Origin: an uncultured Planctomycetia bacterium
Lineage (GTDB): Bacteria > Omnitrophota > Gorgyraeia > 1-14-0-20-64-10
Assembly (NCBI GenBank): GCA_964597545.1
Contig: CAZQXN010000002.1
Location: 88,234-152,233, forward strand
DNA: 64,000 bases
Direction: 5' to 3'
Positions 24,719-32,117 of this stretch are shown here, piece after piece (within the stretch, counting starts at the first letter, position 1; every line of letters begins with the position of its first letter). Position numbers and translations under genes: made by a program. The notes beneath the pieces were generated by a model. The model made no database searches. It was not told the origin of the DNA and saw only the letters and a list, made by a program, of their open reading frames with translations.

Positions 24719-26974
24719 GTGAAACCTAAATTTCCCTTCCGTTTCGCCAGCCTTCGCTCCTGGGTCCTTCCTTGGATTCTGGGGGCGGTGGGTGCTTTGT
24801 GCCTTGCCCAGCCGATCCAGGCAGCTCGCCAAGAAGTCATAACCCTTAATTTCTGGGAATTGGCGGTCGGCGAGGACCTGATGCGCTCTCTCTTGGACAA
24901 GTTTGAGCGGCAGAATCCCGGCATCCGGGTCCGTTTCCAGCAGCTCTCCTGGGATTATGGGCTGGATAAGATCATTACCGCCGTTGCCGCCGACAACGCG
25001 CCGGATGTTGTGGAGCTGGGGACCGACTGGGTACCGCAGTTTGCCGCCTCCGGGGTGCTGCGAGATCTGACCGAGCCCCTTACCCCCATCAAAGAGCAGT
25101 ATTTCCTCTGGGATCCGGTCACCTACGAGGGAAGGCTCTACGGGATGCCGTGGTTGGCCGGAATCCGGCTCCTCTTTTACAACCGGGAGCTTTTTGCCGA
25201 GGCCGGACTGAATCCGGATCGTCCGCCAACGACCTGGGGAGAGCTCAGCCGCGCTGCCCAGGCGGTGAGCGCCTTAGGGCCGGACATCTACGGCATCGGG
25301 CTCCATGTCGGGGAGGCCTACGCCCCCTGGCAGCAGTTCCTTCCTTTTGTCTGGGGCAACGGCGGCCAGGTCTTAAGTGACGATTGGAGCCGGTGCCTGC
25401 TGGACCAGCCGCCGGCAGTTAACGCCATGCAGTTCTATCATTCCCTCAAGCCCTCTGCCTTGGTAGAGCGCCAGCCCCAGGTCAACCAGCTCTTTGCCGA
25501 GGGCAAGGTGGGAGTTCAGCTCTCAGGCTCCTGGAACTTTGCGGTGATTCCCCGGATGAATCCGACCCTCAACTACGGCGTGGGACTGCTGCCCAGGCCT
25601 GCGCCGCACCGGGGCACCCCTGCCTCTTTTGTGGGGGGCGAAGTTCTCGTCTGCACCAAAAGCTCCCGCCACCCAGAAGCAGCACTCAAACTCATTCGTT
25701 TCCTGGCTGAGCCGGAGCAGGCAATGGCCATTGTGGAGGCCCAGCAGAATATTGTTCCCACAGCCAAGTCGACCATGCGCGATCCCTATTACCAGGCCCA
25801 CCCCGAGCAGAGGCTTTTCTTTGAGCAGGTCCGCTTTGCTGTGGCCCCGCCGGCGCATCCCCGCTGGGTTCGGATGCAGGAGCGGATCACCCGGGCAATC
25901 GAAGAGGTGATCTTCAAGGATGCCGACCCGGCCGAGGTGCTGGGCAGAACCACCGCCGAGATCGACCGGATCTTGGCGCGACCCGAGGTGGAGGACCGGG
26001 TCAGCGATGCCATTGCCTTTGGCACCTTCCTCTTCTTCTTGGCAGGATTGGCCCTGGTGGCCTGGGTGGTGAAGCGCCGCCGGGGGATTCGAGGAAAGGA
26101 GTGGAGCTTGGGGAGCCTGGGGACGAGCGCAGTCTTTATCGGGCCGTGGCTGGCGATCTTCCTGGGATTCAGCTTGATTCCGCTGTTGCACTCTTTTCTG
26201 TTGAGCTTCTCCCGCTACAATCTGCTGACCTCTGAGATCGGTTTTGTGGGGTTGCGCAACTTCACGGAGGTGCTCAGAGAGCCCGAGTTCCTCAAGGCCC
26301 TCTGGCACACCATCTTCTTTGCGATAGGCACCATCCCCCCCACCATGGCGCTGGCCCTCTTTGCGGCGGTTTTGATCAACACCAAGATTCCCTTTAAGCG
26401 CCTCTACCAGGCCGGGATGTTTTTGCCGGTGGCCACCTCGGTGATCGTCATCGCGACCATCTTTACCTATCTCTACGCGCAGGACGGTCTGATCAACCGC
26501 GTTCTGGAGTGGCTGCATCTGCCCAGCCCCTCTCCGGCGTGGCTGCTCAACACGAAGTGGGCGCTGCCGGCGATCATGTTCATGAATGTGTGGGCCAGCT
26601 TCGGCTATTACATGATTCTTTTTTTGGCGGGGCTGCAGACGATCTCCTCCGAGCTCTACGAGGCCGCCTCCATTGACGGAGCCAACGAATGGCAGAAGTT
26701 CTGTTATGTCACCCTGCCGCAGTTAAAACCCATACTTCTCTTGGCGGTGGTCATCAACACCATCCGGGCCCTCCAGGTCTTCCCTGAGATCTTTGCCATG
26801 ACCCAGGGCGGTCCCCTGGGTTCCACCACGACGGTGGTGTACTACCTCTACGAGACCGGGTTCCACCGCTTTGACATGGGCCATGCCGCGGCCGTCGGCT
26901 ACATCCTCTTCTTCATCACGATGGGCTTCTCCTGGCTGCAGATCAGGGCTTTTAAGGTGGAGGAGAACGCCTGA
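24719..26974 (+). CDS. ABC sugar transporter: a family-1 extracellular solute-binding domain (N-terminal ~430 aa) fused in one ORF to a MalF/UgpA-type permease (C-terminal ~320 aa)
   Basis: Signal 'FASLRSWVLPWILGAVGALCLAQPIQA'. SBP-like 'ITLNFWELAVGE...GIRVRFQQLSWDYGLDKI'. Then TM segments and the permease EAA loop 'EAASIDGANEWQKFCYVTLPQLKP'. One continuous 751-aa frame. Confidence 0.7.
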   Translation: MKPKFPFRFASLRSWVLPWILGAVGALCLAQPIQAARQEVITLNFWELAVGEDLMRSLLDKFERQNPGIRVRFQQLSWDYGLDKIITAVAADNAPDVVELGTDWVPQFAASGVLRDLTEPLTPIKEQYFLWDPVTYEGRLYGMPWLAGIRLLFYNRELFAEAGLNPDRPPTTWGELSRAAQAVSALGPDIYGIGLHVGEAYAPWQQFLPFVWGNGGQVLSDDWSRCLLDQPPAVNAMQFYHSLKPSALVERQPQVNQLFAEGKVGVQLSGSWNFAVIPRMNPTLNYGVGLLPRPAPHRGTPASFVGGEVLVCTKSSRHPEAALKLIRFLAEPEQAMAIVEAQQNIVPTAKSTMRDPYYQAHPEQRLFFEQVRFAVAPPAHPRWVRMQERITRAIEEVIFKDADPAEVLGRTTAEIDRILARPEVEDRVSDAIAFGTFLFFLAGLALVAWVVKRRRGIRGKEWSLGSLGTSAVFIGPWLAIFLGFSLIPLLHSFLLSFSRYNLLTSEIGFVGLRNFTEVLREPEFLKALWHTIFFAIGTIPPTMALALFAAVLINTKIPFKRLYQAGMFLPVATSVIVIATIFTYLYAQDGLINRVLEWLHLPSPSPAWLLNTKWALPAIMFMNVWASFGYYMILFLAGLQTISSELYEAASIDGANEWQKFCYVTLPQLKPILLLAVVINTIRALQVFPEIFAMTQGGPLGSTTTVVYYLYETGFHRFDMGHAAAVGYILFFITMGFSWLQIRAFKVEENA

Positions 26975-28266
26975 TGCGCGAGCGGATGCTGATTACCACG
27001 GCGGTCTCGGTGCTGACGGTCATGCTGGTCTTGACCCTCATGCCCCTTTTGATGATGTTCTACACCTCGGTCAAGCCGACCGGCACCCTCTTTGAACGGG
27101 CGCAGGAGGTTCTGGTGGCCGACTTTCAAATCGGAGCCCTCAACTCCATCGGCGGGCCGATTGCCGTCGAAGGGGCCGAGACCTCTGAGATTGAGATGGC
27201 CTTTGTGCCTGCCGTGCCGCAGGCCAGAAGCAATCGGGCGATGGAGATCCGTTTTAATGCCCAGGGGGAGCCGGTGCGCTGGGTCACCCGGGTCGGCCAG
27301 GACATGCGGAAATTCTCCTGGCTGGAGTTCCGGATCAAGGGGGCGGCCGGCGGAGAGAGCTTTACCGTGGATCTGGTGGACCTTAAAGGAAGGCGCACCA
27401 GCCTCGGCATCCAGGAGTTCAAGCGCGGGGGCCTCACCTCCAACTGGGAGACGATCCGCATCCCGATGGAGGCCTTTCACCTGACGCTGCTCACCCCGCG
27501 GCTGGTGGAGCGCCGCGCCCAGGATTTGGCGCTGACCTTCAACCAGGGGGCCGGCACGGTTTACCTGGATGACATCAAGCTCATCTTCAAGGAGTGGACC
27601 CTCAACAACTATTGGGATGTGTTGATCAGCGGTCCCTTTGGCCGCTATGCCGCCAACTCCATGGGGATCTCCCTGGTGGTGACCTTCGGCAACCTCCTTT
27701 TTGCCACCATGGTCGGTTACGCCTTTGCCCGCCGGGACTTTCCCTTTAAGAAGACCCTCTTTTTCATGATCATCGGCTCCATCGCTATCCCTCCGCAGGT
27801 GCTGATGGTGCCGGTCTTTATCCTGATGAAGCACATCGGCTGGCTCAACACCTACTGGGCTTTGACCATCCCGAGCTTGGTCCTGCCCTTCAATGTCTTC
27901 TTCATGCGCCAGTACATCTCCAAATTGCCGACGGCGGTTGAGGAGGCGGCCCGGATTGACGGCGCCAGCGAGTGGCAGATCTTCTGGCGGGTCATCACCC
28001 CCTTGTCTCAGCCGGCGCTGGCGGTGGTGGGGATCAATACCTTTATGGGTTCCTGGAACACCTTTCTCTATCCCTTCCTTTTGACCAATACCGTGGAGAT
28101 GCGCACCCTGCCGGTCGGTCTGGCCCTTTACAAATCCCTCCACGGGGTCGACTGGGTGCATCTGATGGCCGGATCGGCCATTACCGCCATTCCGGTGATC
28201 ATTGCCTTCCTGGTTTTCCAGCGCTACATCATCGAGGGTTTGACGCGAGGTTCGACCGTTGGCTAA
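26974..28266 (+). CDS. ABC transporter permease (MalG/UgpE-type) with a ~115-aa CBM-like beta-sandwich inserted in the first periplasmic loop (~nt 27241-27590)
   Basis: ATGA start overlap. TM1 'LITTAVSVLTVMLVLTLMPLLMM'. Insert 'FRIKGAAGGESFTVDLVD...TSNWETIRIPMEAF...TVYLDDIKLIF' resembles the 'FWVKG..GGE.F..G...TQWQ..IPL..F...LYIDDL' domain of ORFs 7560-12599. EAA loop 'EEAARIDGASEWQIFWRVITPLSQPA'. Confidence 0.65.
   Translation: MRERMLITTAVSVLTVMLVLTLMPLLMMFYTSVKPTGTLFERAQEVLVADFQIGALNSIGGPIAVEGAETSEIEMAFVPAVPQARSNRAMEIRFNAQGEPVRWVTRVGQDMRKFSWLEFRIKGAAGGESFTVDLVDLKGRRTSLGIQEFKRGGLTSNWETIRIPMEAFHLTLLTPRLVERRAQDLALTFNQGAGTVYLDDIKLIFKEWTLNNYWDVLISGPFGRYAANSMGISLVVTFGNLLFATMVGYAFARRDFPFKKTLFFMIIGSIAIPPQVLMVPVFILMKHIGWLNTYWALTIPSLVLPFNVFFMRQYISKLPTAVEEAARIDGASEWQIFWRVITPLSQPALAVVGINTFMGSWNTFLYPFLLTNTVEMRTLPVGLALYKSLHGVDWVHLMAGSAITAIPVIIAFLVFQRYIIEGLTRGSTVG
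27241..27590 (+). other. CBM-like beta-sandwich insert in the periplasmic loop of the MalG-type permease
   Basis: See the CDS 26974..28266 evidence. Confidence 0.5.
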
Positions 28267-28304
28267 GAGTCTGACGCTTTGGTACCGGCAAGAGACCCAT
28301 TGCT

Positions 28305-28331
28305 GTACCAAAGGGTCAGACCCTTTGGTAC
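28305..28331 (+). repeat. 27-bp near-perfect palindrome gtaccaaagggtcagaccctttggtac in the permease-nagA spacer (REP-like; a related half-copy lies at 34553-34579 after the GH94 gene)
   Basis: Self-complementary except at the central base. It shares GTACC ends and a 'gggtcagaccc' core with the 4324-4362 repeats. Confidence 0.75.
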
Positions 28332-28343
28332 AAGTGAGGATGG

Positions 28344-29546
28344 ATGATGCGTAGGCGGGAGTGGTTTCTAGGCAAGGTGGCCACCCCCCTTGATCTTTTC
28401 GAGCAGGGTGCGGTGGGTATCGAAGGGGACCGGATTTTCTATGTCGGCGAGGCTCAGACCGCACCCAGGAGCCCCCAAGAGCCTGCGCGCACTTTCAACG
28501 GTTGGATCACCCCGGGCATGGTTGACGTCCATGTCCACGGCGGCGGCGGCGGTTCCATCCTGGAAGGAACTCCAGAGGCGGTTATCCAAGCCAGCCGCGC
28601 TTTAGTCGCACACGGGGTCACCAGCTTCCTGGCTACGACCGTCACCGGTGAGGATCTCAGCCGCTGCCGGCACCTTGAGGTGGCCGCTGAGACAGCGCAA
28701 CGCCCACCCGACGATGGGGCAAAGATCCTGGGGATCCATGTCGAGGGGCCCTATGTCAACATGGCTCGCCACAATATGATTCATCCAAGCCGGGTGTGGC
28801 CGCCGGAGCGAAAAAGCTTCGAGGGGCTGCTCAAACTCATGCAGGGAAAGCTCAAGATGATGACCATTGCCCCCGAGCTACCGGGCGCCCTGGATTTGAT
28901 CCAGCACTTGAAGGAGAATGGTGTCGTGGCCTCTCTGGGTCACACCGAGGCAACCCTGGAAGAGGCCCGGGCCGGTTTTGCCGCAGGCATTCAACACGTC
29001 ACTCATCTCTACAACGCCATGCAGGGTCTCAGCCACCGTGAGCCCGGCGCGCTGGGAGCTGTCTTGATGGATCACGCGGTGACCGCGCAGATCATCGCGG
29101 ACGGGGTTCATGTGCACCCGGATCTTTTGCGCTGGACTTGCCGGGTTTTGTCTCCGGAACGCCTGGTCTTGATGACCGATGGCCTGCCCTCCTCAGGGTT
29201 GCCGCAAGGGGAAGGGGAGTATGAGGGGGAGCCTTACACCGTGGTTGATGGTGCTGCTTGGTCCAAAGGGGGGGCGGCCAAGGGCAAGTTGATCGGCACC
29301 ACCTTGGCTCTAGATCAGATGGTTGTGCGTGCCATGCGCTTCATGGGGGTTGATTTCCCTCAGGCGGTCGCCATGGCGTCGCTGTACCCGGCCCGCGCGC
29401 TGGGAATGACACATGAGGTCGGCTCCCTGGCCGCAGGCTGCAAGGCCGACTTGACCCTCTGGAGTGAGGATTATCAACTGCAGGAGACCCTTTTGAGCGG
29501 TAGGACGGTCTGGCAGAGAAAGGAAGCACACTGCAATGTCTCTTGA
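28344..29546 (+). CDS. nagA: N-acetylglucosamine-6-phosphate deacetylase
   Basis: 'GMVDVHVHGGGGGS', 'ILGIHVEGPYVN', 'MTIAPELPGA', 'SLGHTEATLEEARAGFAAGIQHVTHLYNAM', 'REPGALGAVL', 'IADGVHVHPD', 'LMTDG', 'SLYPARALGM'. These are collinear with E. coli NagA. Confidence 0.9.
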   Translation: MMRRREWFLGKVATPLDLFEQGAVGIEGDRIFYVGEAQTAPRSPQEPARTFNGWITPGMVDVHVHGGGGGSILEGTPEAVIQASRALVAHGVTSFLATTVTGEDLSRCRHLEVAAETAQRPPDDGAKILGIHVEGPYVNMARHNMIHPSRVWPPERKSFEGLLKLMQGKLKMMTIAPELPGALDLIQHLKENGVVASLGHTEATLEEARAGFAAGIQHVTHLYNAMQGLSHREPGALGAVLMDHAVTAQIIADGVHVHPDLLRWTCRVLSPERLVLMTDGLPSSGLPQGEGEYEGEPYTVVDGAAWSKGGAAKGKLIGTTLALDQMVVRAMRFMGVDFPQAVAMASLYPARALGMTHEVGSLAAGCKADLTLWSEDYQLQETLLSGRTVWQRKEAHCNVS

Positions 29547-30534
29547 GCTGGGTATCAGCTACTACGGAAACCGTATCCCTTGGCGCGTTCAGGAAGACCT
29601 CAGGGCCATTCAAGAGAGTGGGTGCACCTATGTGCTCCATACCTTCAGCGAAGAGGATGTGGAGTTTTACCAGGGGGCAGTGGCCGAGATTGCGGAGCTG
29701 ACCCGCAAAGCGGGCCTTAAGGTCTGGCTGGATCCCTGGGGGGTAGGGCAGATCTTTGGGGGGGAGACCTACTCCAATCTGATTGCCACCAACTTGTCGG
29801 TCCGGCAGATGAGTTCAGAGGGACAATCCCTTCCGATTGCCTGCATCAACCACCCGGCACTCAAGGAGTATCTCCACCACTGGATTACCGCTGCTGCCCG
29901 CGCAAAACCTGATGTTCTCTTTTGGGATGAGCCGCACTTTAAGATCTACCCCGAGCCTGGGGGGGCACCCCCCAAGACATGGGCCTGCCGCTGTCCCATT
30001 TGTGAGGCCCGATTTAAGAAGCTGACCGGCAGCGCCATGCCCAAGGAGTTTGACCCTCAGGTGCAGGCCTTTAAGGAAGACTCCCTGGTGGAGTTGACCC
30101 GGTGGCTGTGCGATGAGACCCGGGCGCGCGGCATCCGCCCGGCAGTGTGCCTGCTTCCTTTTGAGAACTCCTCTACCGTCAACGATTGGGAAAAAATAGC
30201 TGCCATTGACTCCCTGGAGATCATCGGCACCGACCCCTACTGGAAGCCGCATCAGCCTGAGGTGGACAAGCATGTGGGGCGTTTTTCCAAGCGGATTGCA
30301 GAGCTGGCCCGCCGGCATAAAAAGGAAGGACAGATCTGGATCTTGAACTTCAATATCCCCAAGGGAGAGGAGGGGACGATCCGCACCGCGATTGACGCTG
30401 CCTATCAAGAGGGGATCCGCAACTTCGCCGCCTGGAGCTATTATGGGGCCAGCTACATCCGGCTGCGGGCCGAAGATCCACCGGCAGTTTGGAAAACTCT
30501 GTCGGACTGCTACCACCAACTTAAGAAGCAATAG
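29536..30534 (+). CDS. Hypothetical protein (332 aa), possibly a TIM-barrel glycosidase-like fold. Function unknown.
   Basis: It sits in an operon-like position between nagA and the terminator hairpin. 'GLKVWLDPWGVGQIFGG', 'CRCPICEARF'. I recognise no diagnostic motif. Confidence 0.3.
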   Translation: MSLELGISYYGNRIPWRVQEDLRAIQESGCTYVLHTFSEEDVEFYQGAVAEIAELTRKAGLKVWLDPWGVGQIFGGETYSNLIATNLSVRQMSSEGQSLPIACINHPALKEYLHHWITAAARAKPDVLFWDEPHFKIYPEPGGAPPKTWACRCPICEARFKKLTGSAMPKEFDPQVQAFKEDSLVELTRWLCDETRARGIRPAVCLLPFENSSTVNDWEKIAAIDSLEIIGTDPYWKPHQPEVDKHVGRFSKRIAELARRHKKEGQIWILNFNIPKGEEGTIRTAIDAAYQEGIRNFAAWSYYGASYIRLRAEDPPAVWKTLSDCYHQLKKQ

Positions 30535-30601
30535 GGGACGGTCCATTTTGGGACAGTCTGGCTATGGTGTGTCCCCAAATGGAGCGTCCCCAGTCCTTTT
30601 T
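30534..30601 (+). terminator. Long imperfect hairpin (ggggacggtccattttgggaca / loop / gtgtccccaaatggagcgtcccc) followed by a T-run. Rho-independent terminator candidate.
   Basis: Arms 30534-30555 and 30569-30591 are near reverse complements. 'cctttttcc' follows. It starts at the stop codon of the upstream gene. Confidence 0.6.
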
Positions 30602-30603
30602 CC

Positions 30604-30633
30604 TTGACAGGGCAGGATAACTCAGGGTATTTA
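30604..30633 (+). promoter_or_regulatory. Promoter candidate (TTGACA-N18-TATTTA) in an AT-rich leader upstream of the ROK regulator gene
   Basis: TTGACA at 30604-30609 and 'tattta' at 30628-30633. The 30600-30700 interval is markedly AT-rich relative to the window. Confidence 0.3.
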
Positions 30634-30717
30634 TAACTGTTTGAATACATTACAATTCGGTATCAGGGGCTGCAGCCTACAGCGCCTGATGCTGCAACCT
30701 AAAGGGACTTCCCACAC

Positions 30718-31920
30718 ATGAGGACGACTGAATTGGAAGCACACTCCCTGACAGAACGCGAACGCAAAAACGTATCCATCCTTGAAGCCATCAAGCGCTA
30801 CGGCCCTATTTCCCGAACAGACATTTCGAAGCTGACCAAGCTCAACATCGTCACGGTCTCCAACTACGTCAACAACTTCATCGAGCAGGGGATTGTCATT
30901 GAAAAGGGTTTGGACATCTCCTCCGGCGGTCGGCGCCCCACCATCGTGGTCCTCAACCCCAAGGCGGTCTATGTGGTGGGGGTGGATCTGGGTGTCTTTG
31001 TGGTGCGCACGGTCTTGGCCGACCTGGAGGGCAACGTCATTGCCCAGGCCGAGGCCCCCCGCCCCCGGGATACCGCAGATTCGGTGGTCCGGGTCTTGAC
31101 CGGCGAGATCGAGCGCGTCATTGCCCAGGCCGAGATCGACACCAAGAAGCTTAAAGGCATTCAGATCGGAGCTTCCGGGGTGATTGATCGTGAGGTCGGC
31201 ACCATCCGCTGCACCGAAGGGGTCGCCTCCATCTACGTTCCGATCACCGCCCTGCTCCAGGAGAAGTTCAAGCTGCCGGTCAAGCTCGAGCACGACGTCA
31301 CCACCGCTGCCTACGGGGAATGGTCCCTGGGGGCCGGCACCGATGTGGACATCATGCTCTTTATGTACTCCGGGGTAGGCTGCGGGATGATCATCAACGG
31401 AGAGATCTACCACGGCATCAGCGGAACGGCCGGAGAGGTGTCGATTCGAGATCAGCTGGATATCGGCGACGTCTGGATCGGCAACATCGCCGCCCTCAAG
31501 CCCTGGGCGGCCCATCTCGGGATTCCGGATGATGCCCGCGAGGCCCTGGAGAAGGGCGCGGTTTCCAAGATCTCGGAGCTGATTCAAGGGGATTTGGATA
31601 AGATCACGATCGAGACCGTCTTTGAGGCGGTCAAGGCCGGAGACAAAATCGCCACCGAAATCGTGCAGAAGGCCGGAGAGCGGCTGGGGGTGAGGATCTC
31701 CTTCTTGGTCAACCTCTTAAACCCCGGCGCCGTTGTGATCGGCGGCGGAGTCGAGGCCGCGGGTCCGGCTCTGATTGAGTCGGTCAAGAAGATGATCCGC
31801 CTGTGCGCCTTTGAAGAGATGGCCAATGCAGTCAAGGTAGTGCCCGCCCGCTTAGGCAACAACTGCGTTGCCCTGGGCGCTGCCAGCCTTGTGATTCGGG
31901 ACGTCTTCGCTTCGGTGTAA
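30718..31920 (+). CDS. ROK-family transcriptional regulator (NagC/Mlc-like: N-terminal wHTH plus ROK sugar-kinase-like domain)
   Basis: HTH 'ERERKNVSILEAIKRYGPISRTDISKLTKLNIVTVSNYVNNFIEQGIV'. ROK motifs 'VGVDLGVFVVRTVLADLEGNVI', 'IGASGVIDREVGTIR', 'GAGTDVDIMLFMYSGVGCGMIINGEIYHGISGTAGEVS', 'LGAASL'. Confidence 0.8.
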   Translation: MRTTELEAHSLTERERKNVSILEAIKRYGPISRTDISKLTKLNIVTVSNYVNNFIEQGIVIEKGLDISSGGRRPTIVVLNPKAVYVVGVDLGVFVVRTVLADLEGNVIAQAEAPRPRDTADSVVRVLTGEIERVIAQAEIDTKKLKGIQIGASGVIDREVGTIRCTEGVASIYVPITALLQEKFKLPVKLEHDVTTAAYGEWSLGAGTDVDIMLFMYSGVGCGMIINGEIYHGISGTAGEVSIRDQLDIGDVWIGNIAALKPWAAHLGIPDDAREALEKGAVSKISELIQGDLDKITIETVFEAVKAGDKIATEIVQKAGERLGVRISFLVNLLNPGAVVIGGGVEAAGPALIESVKKMIRLCAFEEMANAVKVVPARLGNNCVALGAASLVIRDVFASV

Positions 31921-32070
31921 GGGGTTACCCGCCTGCGCGTATTCCCTTAAGGTGCGGGGTCGCACCATCCGCGGTTGACGAATGGGTTAAAGGCGCTTGA
32001 GGCGCCAAAGACAAGAGCGGTACCATGTAGTCCGCAACTTCTTCTAAGACAACTCGTTACAACAACATCC

Positions 32071-32102
32071 GGTACCTGGTACCAATTACAGGTACCGATT
32101 TT
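32071..32102 (+). promoter_or_regulatory. Palindromic GGTACC-core motif (ggtacctggtacc ... ggtaccgattt) 15-45 nt upstream of the GH94 start codon. Candidate operator, or a REP-family element.
   Basis: The same 'aaatcggtacc(a/t)ggtacc' unit recurs at 45785, 45927 and 45954 in this window. Confidence 0.35.
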
Positions 32103-32117
32103 AACGTTGGAGGCTTC

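Noticed and set aside
31949-32016. Small GC-rich inverted repeats (ggtgcg-gggt-cgcacc and ggcgc-ttgag-gcgcc) after the ROK regulator gene, as a possible terminator
   Set aside because: They have short stems and no following T-run. They may contribute to transcript 3' structure, but the evidence is too weak to call a terminator.
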